A stretch of DNA of 64,000 nt from Patescibacteria group bacterium (GCA_041664365.1 JBAYKW010000007.1:434-64433); one strand, 5' to 3'. Shown: positions 18,457 through 28,807, counted from the first letter of the stretch. Program-made: numbers and translations. The notes: generated by a model from the letters alone, not told the origin.

Positions 18457-18992
18457 CGCTTGTTGATTTTTAAATAGTAACCGATATTGCGCACCAGAAT
18501 ATGCAAAACAAAAGTGAATACAATCAGCGCCAAAGAGCGTACCCAACCGACCGGCCAAATAATTGATACTAAAGCGATCGCCCCAACAGCAGCATCTATC
18601 TGGTCCCAGGGCATAAACTTTTTTCCCGGCGCAATACCCACCCGCCTTTTGATAAAACTTTTGACCATATCACCGAACAGTGCGCCGAACCCGATTAAGA
18701 AACCTACAAGCCATACCGAATATTGATCATAAGGAAATATGCTGATCTTTTCAAATGTTTCAAACTGCATCAACCATTTTTGAATCGCAACAATTATTAT
18801 ACTAATAGAAGTCCCACTGATTAGACCTCGCCAAGTTTTATGATCACCGAGCAGGTTTTTGCCGTCAAACCATTTAAAATTAAAATCAACCGGATGCGCC
18901 AGCCACTTCCAGTGTTCTTTCATCAAAACCGGCATCATATTAGCAAAAATGCCGGGCAACATAAAATATAAATAGGCTAAAAGAATCATCAA
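18450..18992 (-). CDS. CarS/DUF46-family cytidylyltransferase (CDP-archaeol synthase-like)
   Basis: ANMMPV, PVD, GDHKTWRG, GD...SFIKRRVGI.PG, DQID. Confidence 0.85.
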   Translation of the reverse strand: MMILLAYLYFMLPGIFANMMPVLMKEHWKWLAHPVDFNFKWFDGKNLLGDHKTWRGLISGTSISIIIVAIQKWLMQFETFEKISIFPYDQYSVWLVGFLIGFGALFGDMVKSFIKRRVGIAPGKKFMPWDQIDAAVGAIALVSIIWPVGWVRSLALIVFTFVLHILVRNIGYYLKINKRW

Positions 18993-19056
18993 TTATCGTT
19001 TTACATATGATAAATCAGGGTTATTTTACCATTTTATCGACCTTTTTAAAAGTATC

Positions 19057-19085
19057 TTGACGTGTCTTGGATAATACTCTAGTAT
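19057..19085 (+). promoter_or_regulatory. sigma70 promoter, cassette I
   Basis: TTGACG-17-TAGTAT. Confidence 0.68.
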
Positions 19086-19112
19086 GGTAATTACATTGAC
19101 AATTTGTTCAAG

Positions 19113-19237
19113 TTATCAAGAGTGATTCAGATCCCGCCTTTGCGGGAATACGCAGGACCGGCCTGCTAAAAACTGAATCCAGCAACCCTCTCCAAGGAGG
19201 AATGGGTGCTAACTCCGGCCCAATGCGGGGAAGATGA
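19113..19237 (+). ncRNA. SAM-I (S-box) riboswitch, variant with extra hairpin in P2
   Basis: TTATCAAGAG...GCAGG-ACCGG-CCTGC...CAGCAACC...GGTGCTAACTCCGG...GAAGATGA; L2 CCGG can pair with J3/4 CCGG; terminator at 19250-19276. Confidence 0.88.
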
Positions 19238-19305
19238 TAGAAGTCAGATGCTTTCCTTAGGGGAAGTTTTTGTTTTAACAAGTCACTCCAGCCGGGAGGA
19301 ACCCC

Positions 19306-19653
19306 ATGGCCAGCCCAACTAGCAATCAGGTTTTTCACGCACTGTGCGTCCGCGCCGAAGCATCCGGTCACCATTCACATGGACATCCGCTCTGTGTCCT
19401 GATTCAGGGACGCGAGGCGTTCCTCTGCGAACGTCACGACACTCCCGAAGGTTGGGTTACGCGGACAGTCTGCATTCCACCGGAGGATATCCTCAACTAC
19501 GTCGGCGAAGAAGACGCTGACGCAATTCGGTCGAAATTCCCGATCTTCTCCGATCAGTTCACCGTCAACGGTGACAACTACCCCCAGCCGGAAGGATTCG
19601 GGGCTCCCGTGAGAATCGAACCGAAACCGGAGCCTGCACCGCAGGCAAGCTAA
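19306..19653 (+). CDS. Orphan His/Cys-rich protein I1 (115 aa)
   Basis: GGGAGG SD; directly downstream of the riboswitch. Confidence 0.78.
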   Translation: MASPTSNQVFHALCVRAEASGHHSHGHPLCVLIQGREAFLCERHDTPEGWVTRTVCIPPEDILNYVGEEDADAIRSKFPIFSDQFTVNGDNYPQPEGFGAPVRIEPKPEPAPQAS

Positions 19654-19664
19654 GGAGCGAAACC

Positions 19665-19865
19665 ATGTCACTGCGCGACGGGCTCACACTTGCTGAGGCG
19701 ACCGTTCGCCAACAGCACCTGGACCAGGTACACCAGTCCAATTCTCTGACTGAAGACGAATGCGTCATTCGGAGAGTTATCGCTCAGTACGAAGCGGGCG
19801 AAGACACTCCGGCTACCCGGGTACTCTCCGACTGGATCGCCAGTCGCACGGCACAATCCACCTAA
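19665..19865 (+). CDS. Orphan protein I2 (66 aa)
   Basis: AAGGAG SD; terminator at about 19889-19918. Confidence 0.72.
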   Translation: MSLRDGLTLAEATVRQQHLDQVHQSNSLTEDECVIRRVIAQYEAGEDTPATRVLSDWIASRTAQST

Positions 19866-19935
19866 TCGTTCATTCACCCAAATCGAAAGGACCATGGTTC
19901 CCCACGGCCCTTTTTTTTATTTCTACCAATCGATC

Positions 19936-21951
19936 CTAGATTAACAAACCAACAATCAGCAGTGCTACTACATTGATCACTTTGATCATCGGGTTGATCG
20001 CCGGACCGGCCGTATCTTTATACGGATCGCCGACTGTGTCGCCGGTAACCGCCGCCTGATGCGCCGGAGAATTTTTTCCGCCGTAATGCCCGTCTTCAAT
20101 ATATTTCTTGGCATTGTCCCAAGCCGCTCCGCCCGCTGTCATTGATAGTGCGACAAAGACACCGGTAATGATTGAACCGATCAACATTCCGCCCAGCGCG
20201 TCGATCCCTAATAAAAATCCAACGGCAATTGGCGCAACAACCGGGATTGCTGCCGGAAATATCATTTCTTTCAATGCCGCCTTAGTTACAATATCAACTG
20301 CTTTGCCGTATTCCGGTTTGGCAGTACCTTCCATAATCCCCTTAATCTCACGAAACTGTCTGCGCACTTCTTCAACCACACTGGTTGCAGCCCGGCCAAC
20401 AGAGCGCATCGCGACTGAACCGAATAAATATGGTAGGGAACCGCCGATGAACAGACCGATCAGAACATTATGATTACTCAAAGCAAATTGAGCATCAATT
20501 CCTTTATCCATAATTTCCTGTACATATGATGCAAACAACACCATCGCAGCCAAGCCGGCTGAGGCGATTGCATACCCCTTTGTAACTGCTTTAGTTGTGT
20601 TGCCCACTGAATCCAGTGGATCAGTTACCGCTCTGACCGATTCCGGCATGTCGGACATCTCGGCAATTCCGCCGGCGTTATCAGTAATCGGGCCAAAGGA
20701 ATCGATGGCAACAATAATTCCTGTTAAAGAAAGCATCGCCATGGTTGCAATGGAAATTCCATAGAGACCAAGATCATAATCGCCAAGTAACATATAGCTG
20801 GCCAATATTCCGCCGACAATCACCAGTACCGGCAAGAAAGTTGATTCCATGCTGACTGATATTCCTGTAATAATATTTGTTCCGTGACCACCCTCTGATG
20901 ATTTGGCGATACTCTTAACCGGACGGTATTCTTTTGATGTGTAATATTCTGTAATCACTACAATTAACCCGGTAATCACTAATCCTATTAAACTGGCATA
21001 AAATATACTCATGGCATAAGGTTTGTCGCCAAATGCATTATCAGTCGCAAAGTAAAAAAGAACTGCCGCGACTAAACCGCTGACAATTATTCCTTTATAC
21101 AGCGCGCCCATGATGTTGGGTTTGTTATTGTTTAGCCGGACAAAGAAACTGCCGATCACCGAAGCGATAATCGCCAGTCCGCCCAGAATCAACGGGAACT
21201 CAACTGCTGTCTGTTGTAACACACTGTCACTTTTGAATATCAGTGAGCCCAGTAACATCGCGGCAATTGTTGAAACTGCATAAGTCTCAAATAGGTCCGC
21301 GGCCATACCGGCGCAGTCACCGACATTATCACCGACATTATCCGCGATCACGGCCGGGTTGCGTGGATCATCTTCCGGAATACCGGCTTCAACCTTACCC
21401 ACTAAATCCGCTCCGACATCCGCACCCTTGGTAAAGATACCACCACCTAAACGGGCAAACACAGAAATCAGTGATCCGCCCAGACCCAAACCAACCAGAG
21501 CTTTAAGATCTGAAGTAATAAAATAAAAACCGGCGACAGACAGTAACCCGAGGCCAACTACCATGAACCCCGTTACTGCACCACCTTGAAAAGCAATATC
21601 AAAAGCTTTCTTAATTCCGGATCTGGCCGCTTCCGCTGTTCGGACGTTGGTACGCACCGAAACATTCATTCCGATGTACCCGGCGAGTGCCGAACTGATT
21701 GCGCCAATCAGAAATCCGAATGCAGTCAGTTTACCTAGTGCGAGCCAAAGGATTACGAAAAGAATTGCGGCAACAATTGCGACTGTTCTATATTCCCGTT
21801 TAATAAAAGCGGCGGAACCCTCGCGGATAGCCTTAGCAATATCTTTCTGTTTGCCTTCACCCTCTGGTTTTTTCATTATCGAAATAATAAGGAAAATACC
21901 ATATGCAAGCGCGATCAGCGCTGCTACGATAGACCAATGCACAAGTCTCAT
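19936..21951 (-). CDS. hppA: Membrane-bound proton-translocating pyrophosphatase (K+-independent signature)
   Basis: [41 protein letters not shown]. Confidence 0.96.
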   Translation of the reverse strand: MRLVHWSIVAALIALAYGIFLIISIMKKPEGEGKQKDIAKAIREGSAAFIKREYRTVAIVAAILFVILWLALGKLTAFGFLIGAISSALAGYIGMNVSVRTNVRTAEAARSGIKKAFDIAFQGGAVTGFMVVGLGLLSVAGFYFITSDLKALVGLGLGGSLISVFARLGGGIFTKGADVGADLVGKVEAGIPEDDPRNPAVIADNVGDNVGDCAGMAADLFETYAVSTIAAMLLGSLIFKSDSVLQQTAVEFPLILGGLAIIASVIGSFFVRLNNNKPNIMGALYKGIIVSGLVAAVLFYFATDNAFGDKPYAMSIFYASLIGLVITGLIVVITEYYTSKEYRPVKSIAKSSEGGHGTNIITGISVSMESTFLPVLVIVGGILASYMLLGDYDLGLYGISIATMAMLSLTGIIVAIDSFGPITDNAGGIAEMSDMPESVRAVTDPLDSVGNTTKAVTKGYAIASAGLAAMVLFASYVQEIMDKGIDAQFALSNHNVLIGLFIGGSLPYLFGSVAMRSVGRAATSVVEEVRRQFREIKGIMEGTAKPEYGKAVDIVTKAALKEMIFPAAIPVVAPIAVGFLLGIDALGGMLIGSIITGVFVALSMTAGGAAWDNAKKYIEDGHYGGKNSPAHQAAVTGDTVGDPYKDTAGPAINPMIKVINVVALLIVGLLI

Positions 21952-22009
21952 TGCTTCACTCCTTGTTTATCTTCGGTCCGCAAATTAGCGGCATCGAAAT
22001 AGTTAATAA

Positions 22010-23314
22010 TTATTTGTCTTTTTTATCCTCTTTTTTTGCTGATGCTTTTTTCTTGGCTGTCTTTTTTTCTGGTTTATCTTCTGTTTCCTTTACTTCTTCT
22101 TTTCCTTCAACCTCATCATCAGATGATTCAGATTTTTCTTCTTTCGGTTTATCTTTTGCTTTATTCTTTTCTTCTACTGTTTCACCTTCTTTAATAATAT
22201 CTATCTTGAGGCCGGTTAGCTTGGCGGACAGGCGGACGTTCTGACCGCTTTTTCCGATTGCCAGAGATAGCTGATCTTCCTTCACTTCTGCGATCGCTCT
22301 CCCTTCCTTTTCATCCAGTTTGACGCTGATGACTTTCGCCGGTGATAGAGAATTGATAATAAACTTAATCGGATCCTCGTCATATTCGATAATATCAATT
22401 TTTTCTCCGCCGAGTTCCGCGATAATTGTCTGCACGCGGGTTCCGCGCTGGCCGACACACGAACCGACCGGATCAATATTTGACTCCTTTGACTGAACTG
22501 CTATTTTTGTCCGGGAACCGGCTTCTCGCGCTACTGCCTTTATCTCGATTGCGCCATTGGCAATTTCCGGCACTTCCATTGTAAACAGTTTCTTCACCAT
22601 TTCCGGATGAGATCTGGATACAACAATTTCCGGTCCTTTGGTGGTTTTGGTAACAGAGACAATATATACTTTAATTCTTTGACCAGAATTATAACGTTCC
22701 TGTTCAATCTGCTCCTGTGGAGGCATGACGGCTGTAGTCTGGCCGATATCAACTAAAACAACCCTTCCTTCAACCCTTTGGATAGTGGCATTGATGATTT
22801 CTCCTTCACGGTCTTTGTAATCACTGTACACAACATCCCGTTCCGCTTCGCGTAATTTCTGAATAATAACCTGCTTGGCAGTTTGCGCAGCCATTCTACC
22901 GTATGCTTCCGGCGGAAACATTTCGGTTCTGATTTCATCACCCAAAGAAACATCTTTTTTCAATTTCCTAGCCTCTGAAATCATAATGTCAGTTTTGGGG
23001 TTAAACAGTTCAACCCTCTCTTCTTCAGTTAATTCCCTTTTCTCTTCTTTGGCCTTTTCCCGCTTTTCTTTTTCTTCTTCCTTAGCCTTCTCAATTTCTT
23101 CTTCCGTCATATCCGCTACAACATGCTTTACATCAAAAATACGTGATGCGGCCGTTTCGATATTAAACTCCACTTTAATATTCTCGTCTTTTTCGCCAAA
23201 ATCTTTCCGGTAAGCCACGGCTAAAGCAGCCTCGATTGTCTCAATAACCGAACTCTCGGAAATATTTTTCTCGTCGCAAATTTGTTTGATCGCTTTTTGA
23301 ATTTCTGATGACAT
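22010..23314 (-). CDS. nusA: Transcription factor NusA
   Basis: GRMAAQTAKQ, S1 and KH domains, AIGKSGQNVRL. Confidence 0.97.
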   Translation of the reverse strand: MSSEIQKAIKQICDEKNISESSVIETIEAALAVAYRKDFGEKDENIKVEFNIETAASRIFDVKHVVADMTEEEIEKAKEEEKEKREKAKEEKRELTEEERVELFNPKTDIMISEARKLKKDVSLGDEIRTEMFPPEAYGRMAAQTAKQVIIQKLREAERDVVYSDYKDREGEIINATIQRVEGRVVLVDIGQTTAVMPPQEQIEQERYNSGQRIKVYIVSVTKTTKGPEIVVSRSHPEMVKKLFTMEVPEIANGAIEIKAVAREAGSRTKIAVQSKESNIDPVGSCVGQRGTRVQTIIAELGGEKIDIIEYDEDPIKFIINSLSPAKVISVKLDEKEGRAIAEVKEDQLSLAIGKSGQNVRLSAKLTGLKIDIIKEGETVEEKNKAKDKPKEEKSESSDDEVEGKEEVKETEDKPEKKTAKKKASAKKEDKKDK

Positions 23315-23441
23315 ATCTTTTATCCTTATCGTTAAACATAAATAAAACTAGTCTTCATAATGAACACTAGTCAACACCAGTATAACAAAGAGGCAAAATA
23401 ATGCAAGTCGACAAATAAAAAAAGCTACCTTGGAAAGATAG

Positions 23442-24425
23442 CTAGCGCTGTTCGAAGCAGATTGCCGAGACGGAAGTCTCTGTGGTAATTGCCTCGATGG
23501 CGGGGGCAAAAACATCCGCGAATGAACAAACCTTGATATTCGAGCCGAAACCCGCCTTCATGCCGATAGGGATGGTGTCTCCCACAATCAGCGACTTCAG
23601 ACGAGACTGCCCGATCTTGCCGACAGCATCCCCGGAGAATACCGGATGTGCTGCGATCCCGTGAACAACCCTGGCACCGCTATCCAGCACGGCTTCCGCG
23701 GCACCGATCATCGTACCACCACCATCGACCATGTCATCCAGAATGATGCAGATGCACCCCTTCGGATCACCGTAGATCTCGTTGACCCGGGAATGTCCGT
23801 GTCCACTACGTTCCTTGTCGATGATCACGACACGATCTCCCGGGAAACGGTGTTTGCGGTAGTTACGGACCATTTTACCGCCATTGATATCCGAAGATAC
23901 CAGCGCAAACGGCGTATCCGGTCCGTATTCTTCCCGTTCACTCGCCACGATCCGCTTGATCTCCGGCACCATTACCGGATACATGTACAGGTGGTCACAA
24001 GGGATGTTGAAGAACCCTTGGATCTGCGCGGCGTGCAGTTCCGCCGTGACTACCCGGTTGGCACCGGCGGCAGCCAAAAGGTCCGCGACCAGTCTCGCGG
24101 TGATCGGCACCCTACCTTCCTTCTTGCGGTCCTGGCGCGCACAGCCGAAATACGGCATCACTGCCGTAACCGCGGCGGCCGAAGCTCGCTTGGCAGCATC
24201 AATCATCACGAGCAGCTGCATCAGATTGTCGGCGGGTGGCTGAGTGGACTGGATGATGAAGACGTGTCTTCCACGCACATTCGCATCCAGCTGAGCGAAA
24301 GGTTCTCCGTCAGCAAACGGAGTGGTTTTGGCCGGGCTCAGAGGAACGCCCAGTTTGGACGCAATCGCCTGAGCCAGCTCAGGGCACGATCCGCCGGAAA
24401 AAAGCACGATTCTGGAGAGATCCAT
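23442..24425 (-). CDS. prs: Ribose-phosphate pyrophosphokinase (divergent, GC-rich cassette J)
   Basis: FADGE, ARQDRK, LHAAQIQGFF, DDMVDGGGT; GAGGAGGTG SD; promoter TTGAAT(24508)-17-TAAGGT; terminator at about 23416-23443. Confidence 0.92.
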   Translation of the reverse strand: MDLSRIVLFSGGSCPELAQAIASKLGVPLSPAKTTPFADGEPFAQLDANVRGRHVFIIQSTQPPADNLMQLLVMIDAAKRASAAAVTAVMPYFGCARQDRKKEGRVPITARLVADLLAAAGANRVVTAELHAAQIQGFFNIPCDHLYMYPVMVPEIKRIVASEREEYGPDTPFALVSSDINGGKMVRNYRKHRFPGDRVVIIDKERSGHGHSRVNEIYGDPKGCICIILDDMVDGGGTMIGAAEAVLDSGARVVHGIAAHPVFSGDAVGKIGQSRLKSLIVGDTIPIGMKAGFGSNIKVCSFADVFAPAIEAITTETSVSAICFEQR

Positions 24426-24551
24426 TGTCGCCACCTCCTCACAGGCAAGTTACAGGGTCTTAGTTGTCAAAGGTTTATTACCTTAACATGCCTATTTGAA
24501 GAATTCAAGTAAATAAAACCACCCTACATTGTAGGGTGGTTTTATTACCTT

Positions 24552-25679
24552 CTATTTACTAGGAGGGGGAGGCGGCATATTATTACCACCTTCACTTTTT
24601 TCCGAATTCTCTTTATGTAGCAAGGTTTGTTGTCCCGAATGATCGGAAGGTTTATTTTCCAATCCGCCTAATTTCTCAAGTCCTTTGAGACCACCTTGGT
24701 CTCCTTTATCACCGCGACCGCGGAGATTTACTGCAATTATGATTACAATAATTGCCAGAATTACCCACCAAACTAATGCTGACTGATCACTATCAGAATT
24801 ACCATTCTCATCAGTTTCAGTGTTGGTGTTAGCATTGCTATCATTTTCATCCGAAGCTGTTGTTTCTTCATTATTCTCATCTGCAGTAATTTCTTGTTCT
24901 GCTTCAATTGAAGTAGCGACTGAAGCCTCACTTACGCCCATAACCTGGGGGTCAGTGTATTCTTCAGTTGACATATCGGGCGCCTTAACAAAAAACCCGA
25001 CGACATTTGAATAACTGCTTTCTTTGCTCTCGGCATTTACAGCTGTTACATACACCAGATGAGCTTTGTTTGGATCAAGATCGAGAAATGGTTGATAAGA
25101 AAAATTGGCAACGCCTGACTTATCATTTTCAACCATAAATTGTCCATTTAACTCTTTATCGATGAAAACTTTGATCAACGAATCATTCACAGCTAAGCCG
25201 GTAATAAACGGCTTTGTTGAAACTGTTTTATTGTTTACAACTAGTTGAAACAAAGTGGGGGCTGGAAACGGATCCTCTATTCTGAATAATGTCTCTTTTG
25301 ACATTAAACTTTTTAGATTGGATTCCTTTTCTATTGCCACCACAGAAACAGTATGTTCTCCGGATTTAAGCGATATAGACGGAACAAATGAAAAGCTTGC
25401 AGTCCCGCTTTTATCTTCTGAAACCTTCGCCATACCGTTTAACTGGCCATCGATAAATACTTCGACCTTGGTATCATTTTTTGTGAGGCCGGTAATCACC
25501 GGTTGCTCATAGATGGTGGAATCCTTCGCTTTAGGCCATATCAACGTTGGGGTTGAGACAGTCGAGCTGGCTGCCAGTAGACTCTGTGGAACAACCAACA
25601 GAGTGATGACACAGACAGACATAAAGATTCCGAAAACCTTGCTTAAAGAGGATTGCTTAAAATACTTTAACATATTCAT
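24552..25679 (-). CDS. Surface protein with Ig-like repeats and C-terminal membrane anchor
   Basis: Signal peptide, two similar P.ITG....V.VFID..LNG repeats, acidic linker, TM helix. Confidence 0.7.
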   Translation of the reverse strand: MNMLKYFKQSSLSKVFGIFMSVCVITLLVVPQSLLAASSTVSTPTLIWPKAKDSTIYEQPVITGLTKNDTKVEVFIDGQLNGMAKVSEDKSGTASFSFVPSISLKSGEHTVSVVAIEKESNLKSLMSKETLFRIEDPFPAPTLFQLVVNNKTVSTKPFITGLAVNDSLIKVFIDKELNGQFMVENDKSGVANFSYQPFLDLDPNKAHLVYVTAVNAESKESSYSNVVGFFVKAPDMSTEEYTDPQVMGVSEASVATSIEAEQEITADENNEETTASDENDSNANTNTETDENGNSDSDQSALVWWVILAIIVIIIAVNLRGRGDKGDQGGLKGLEKLGGLENKPSDHSGQQTLLHKENSEKSEGGNNMPPPPPSK

Positions 25680-25765
25680 AATTTTTCCTCTTTTACTTTT
25701 TTAAGGGACACTTGTCTTATACAGACAGTGTTTCATCTTACTACAGCAATTCTAAAAGTGTCAAA

Positions 25766-26161
25766 TTAAAAAATATCAATCTCACGATTATTTACTTCCG
25801 AAATTCCAACTCCTTTAATATGTTTGATCAGGTGAGTAAAAAAATCCATACGAAACTGCACAACAATAACATCAATCCGATATTCTGACACTTCCGGGTA
25901 AGTTGCAAGAAAAACTTCAATTGTCTTAATTATTCTATTTATTTTAATATCAGTTATCGCTTCTTCCGGGGCACCGAACGAATTAGTGCAACGGCTCTTA
26001 ACCTCAATAAAGACGGTCTCACCCCCATCCTTGCCGATAATATCAATCTCCCCGAATCGGGAAGTATAGTGCCGATCAATAATAAAGTACCCGAGCCCCA
26101 TACAATACTCCACCGCAATATCTTCCCCAATTTTGCCGATATTTTGACGGTAATTCTGCAT
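25766..26161 (-). CDS. YraN family PD-(D/E)xK protein
   Basis: GKIGE, GEIDII, FIEVKSR, RIDVI. Confidence 0.9.
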   Translation of the reverse strand: MQNYRQNIGKIGEDIAVEYCMGLGYFIIDRHYTSRFGEIDIIGKDGGETVFIEVKSRCTNSFGAPEEAITDIKINRIIKTIEVFLATYPEVSEYRIDVIVVQFRMDFFTHLIKHIKGVGISEVNNREIDIF

Positions 26162-26244
26162 AACAAAACGCCCTTTCAAGGCAGTGCGCTTTATAAAAAA
26201 GCGCCCTGCCAAGAGGGCGCCCAATAATCAATTTATTTATAGCA

Positions 26245-26802
26245 CTATTTCTTTATATATTCAAGTAAAAAATGATAGGGTCCGGTATCTAGTGTTTTTT
26301 CTAAACTATAGCCCAGTTTTTCCACAATTCCTTTGATTTCATCCTCTGAAACACGATCTTCTGTCTGTGGCCCGAATGGCGTGCTCATTTTTTTCCAGTC
26401 AACAATCACCAATTTACCACCCTTTTTTAGAAGACGGGTTGCTTCCGTAATAACCGCTTCGTGTTTTTTTGTCTGGAACAGCGTATTCACCAATAAGGCA
26501 AAATCTAGACTGCTCTCGCGGATTTTTGTCGCACCGAGAATTTCCAAATTAGACCAGACCATTCTAACGTTCGTCAGCCCTTCCAGCTTTACTTTCGTCC
26601 ACACGCTTTTCAAAACATTTTTCAGTACATCAACCGCGTATACCTGCCCTTTATCTCCAACCGCCTTTGCCGCCTGCAAAGTAAAATATCCCATACCTCC
26701 GCACCCCAAATCTCCCACCACGTCTCCATATCCAACACCGGCCTGATGAATAATCGCCTCCGGGTTTAACAATTCGTTTCCTCCCGCTGCTTTTCTTTCC
26801 AT
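26245..26802 (-). CDS. Class I SAM-dependent methyltransferase
   Basis: DLGCGGMG, YAVD, LKKGG motifs. Confidence 0.85.
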   Translation of the reverse strand: MERKAAGGNELLNPEAIIHQAGVGYGDVVGDLGCGGMGYFTLQAAKAVGDKGQVYAVDVLKNVLKSVWTKVKLEGLTNVRMVWSNLEILGATKIRESSLDFALLVNTLFQTKKHEAVITEATRLLKKGGKLVIVDWKKMSTPFGPQTEDRVSEDEIKGIVEKLGYSLEKTLDTGPYHFLLEYIKK

Positions 26803-26849
26803 GTTCTTTGAGATTAGTGTCCTTTATTATTATACTTCATTTCTTGTTC

Positions 26850-27464
26850 TTATACCAAATCCTTCATCGGTGAAAATGAGATCCGATGGATTTTACAAAT
26901 TCCGTATTTTTCAATCTTCTTCTGATGATGTTCTGTACCATACCCTTTGTGAGCATGAAAATTATATTCCGGATAATCTTTGTGCGCCTCTACCATAATA
27001 AAATCCCTGGTGACCTTGGCGATAATTGACGCCGCTGCAATTGAGGCAACTTTTTGGTCGCCTTTGGTAATTGCATGGTGTTCAATCCCAACATGATCCA
27101 GAAGAAAATAATCCACAAGCAAATAATCCGGTCGCAGGATTAGTTTTTTCACCGCCTGTTCCATCGCGAGTGCGTTTGCGTCGTTAATACCGATGCGGTC
27201 AATTGTTTTTTCTGAAACGATCCCCACGCTCCAGTTTAATGCGTTTTTGACGATTTCAATATACAGCTGTTTGCGCCGTGTCGGAGATAGTTGTTTTGAA
27301 TCCCGCAAACCGTCTACGCGAATTCTGGGATTCAAAATAACACTGGCCGCTACAATCGGGCCGGCCCATGCTCCGCGCCCGGCTTCATCAAGTCCGGCAA
27401 CTTTTAAGTAGCCTTTCTTTTTTAATTTTTCCTCTTCTTGATATGTTGGTTCAACCATATTCAT
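26850..27464 (-). CDS. rnhB: Ribonuclease HII
   Basis: GLDEAGRG, DSKQL, SIAAASIIAKVTRD, HKGYGT. Confidence 0.96.
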   Translation of the reverse strand: MNMVEPTYQEEEKLKKKGYLKVAGLDEAGRGAWAGPIVAASVILNPRIRVDGLRDSKQLSPTRRKQLYIEIVKNALNWSVGIVSEKTIDRIGINDANALAMEQAVKKLILRPDYLLVDYFLLDHVGIEHHAITKGDQKVASIAAASIIAKVTRDFIMVEAHKDYPEYNFHAHKGYGTEHHQKKIEKYGICKIHRISFSPMKDLV

Positions 27465-27512
27465 CCCTTCTACAAACAGTATATCACTATTAATAGTAAC
27501 GGAAAATGGCTG

Positions 27513-28790
27513 TTAGTAACCCTTCGCGTGCAATGCCTCAGCCACTCTCTCGATAGCAAGAATATAAGCAGCGGTCCTCATATCAGTATTATATTTTTCT
27601 TTATTTTCCCATACTTTGTCAAAAGCGGAAGTAATCAGCAGTTTCAGTTTTTTATTTACCACTTCTTCGGTCCAGTATTCATTAGAGATATTTTGTAGCC
27701 ATTCAAAATAGGAAACCGTTACTCCGCCGGAATTCGCCAAGATATCCGGCACCACCATTATTCCCCTCTTCGCCAGTTTTTCATCCGCTTCCGATGTGAC
27801 CGGTCCATTAGCCAGCTCAAACACCACCTTCGCTTTTATCTTCCCTGCATTTGTTTTGGTAATCTGATTTTCTAATGCTGCCGGCACTAAAATATCACAC
27901 GGTAATTCAAGCAGTTTTTTATCGGACAATCTTGCGTAGTTCTTACAGTCACAAACTGCCCCAGTACAATAACAACCGCTTGCTAGTCCTTTTTCTTTTT
28001 TAGTATCCATTACGTGAACCGGATCCAACCCTTTGCCGCGTTTATCAAAAATACTTCCTTGCGAATCTGATATAGCGATTATTTTATATCCTGCCTGATG
28101 TGCAAACTGTGCAAAATGATACCCGACATTACCGAGCCCCTGTATTACAATCTTTGTGTTCTTTGGATTAAGTTTCAGTTTTTTAGCTACTTCTTGCAAT
28201 AAATAGAAACCACCCAGCCCTGTTGCCGGCCCCCTACCCTGTGACCCGCCCAACGCCAAAGGTTTACCGGTTATTACCGCAGGAGTAAAACGCCCAGTCA
28301 GTTTACTGTATTCATCCACCATCCATCCCATTATTTTCGGATTGGTATTTACATCTGGTGCGGGCACATCCTGATCCGGTCCGATAAAATCCCTTACGGC
28401 ATTAATATACCCTCTAGACAATCTTTCGAGCTCTCCTTCAGAAAGTTTTTTCGGATCAACTTTAATCCCTCCCTTACCCCCGCCGAAAGGAATATTGGCT
28501 ACGGCAGTTTTCCAGGTCATCAGAGCGGCCAGTGCTTTTACTTCGTGTAAATTAGCCTGGGGATGGAAACGGATACCCCCCTTATAAGGCCCTCGATCAT
28601 TATTATACTGGACGCGATATCCCTCAAATATTTTCCATGAGTGATCATCCATTTTCACTGGGATGGAAAATTGAAATGTTCTATAAGGAACTTTCAAAAT
28701 CTCATAGATATTCCGGTCTAAATCGATCAGTTCCGCCGCTTTCTTTAACTGCTCTAGTGTATTAGCAAAAGGATTTTTAGTTGTAGCCAT
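27513..28790 (-). CDS. Glu/Leu/Phe/Val dehydrogenase (glutamate dehydrogenase)
   Basis: GPYKGGIRF, GGGKGG, DVPAPD, QGLGNVG, ELANGP. Confidence 0.94.
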   Translation of the reverse strand: MATTKNPFANTLEQLKKAAELIDLDRNIYEILKVPYRTFQFSIPVKMDDHSWKIFEGYRVQYNNDRGPYKGGIRFHPQANLHEVKALAALMTWKTAVANIPFGGGKGGIKVDPKKLSEGELERLSRGYINAVRDFIGPDQDVPAPDVNTNPKIMGWMVDEYSKLTGRFTPAVITGKPLALGGSQGRGPATGLGGFYLLQEVAKKLKLNPKNTKIVIQGLGNVGYHFAQFAHQAGYKIIAISDSQGSIFDKRGKGLDPVHVMDTKKEKGLASGCYCTGAVCDCKNYARLSDKKLLELPCDILVPAALENQITKTNAGKIKAKVVFELANGPVTSEADEKLAKRGIMVVPDILANSGGVTVSYFEWLQNISNEYWTEEVVNKKLKLLITSAFDKVWENKEKYNTDMRTAAYILAIERVAEALHAKGY

Positions 28791-28807
28791 TGAATTATCT
28801 TTAATAA

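Noticed and set aside
19170-19220. c-di-AMP (ydaO) riboswitch suggested by CTGAATCC and GCTAACT
   Set aside because: All elements fit SAM-I better, including P1 and the pseudoknot
23646-24512. 288-aa plus-strand ORF
   Set aside because: Antisense shadow of the GC-rich prs gene; no SD or recognisable motifs
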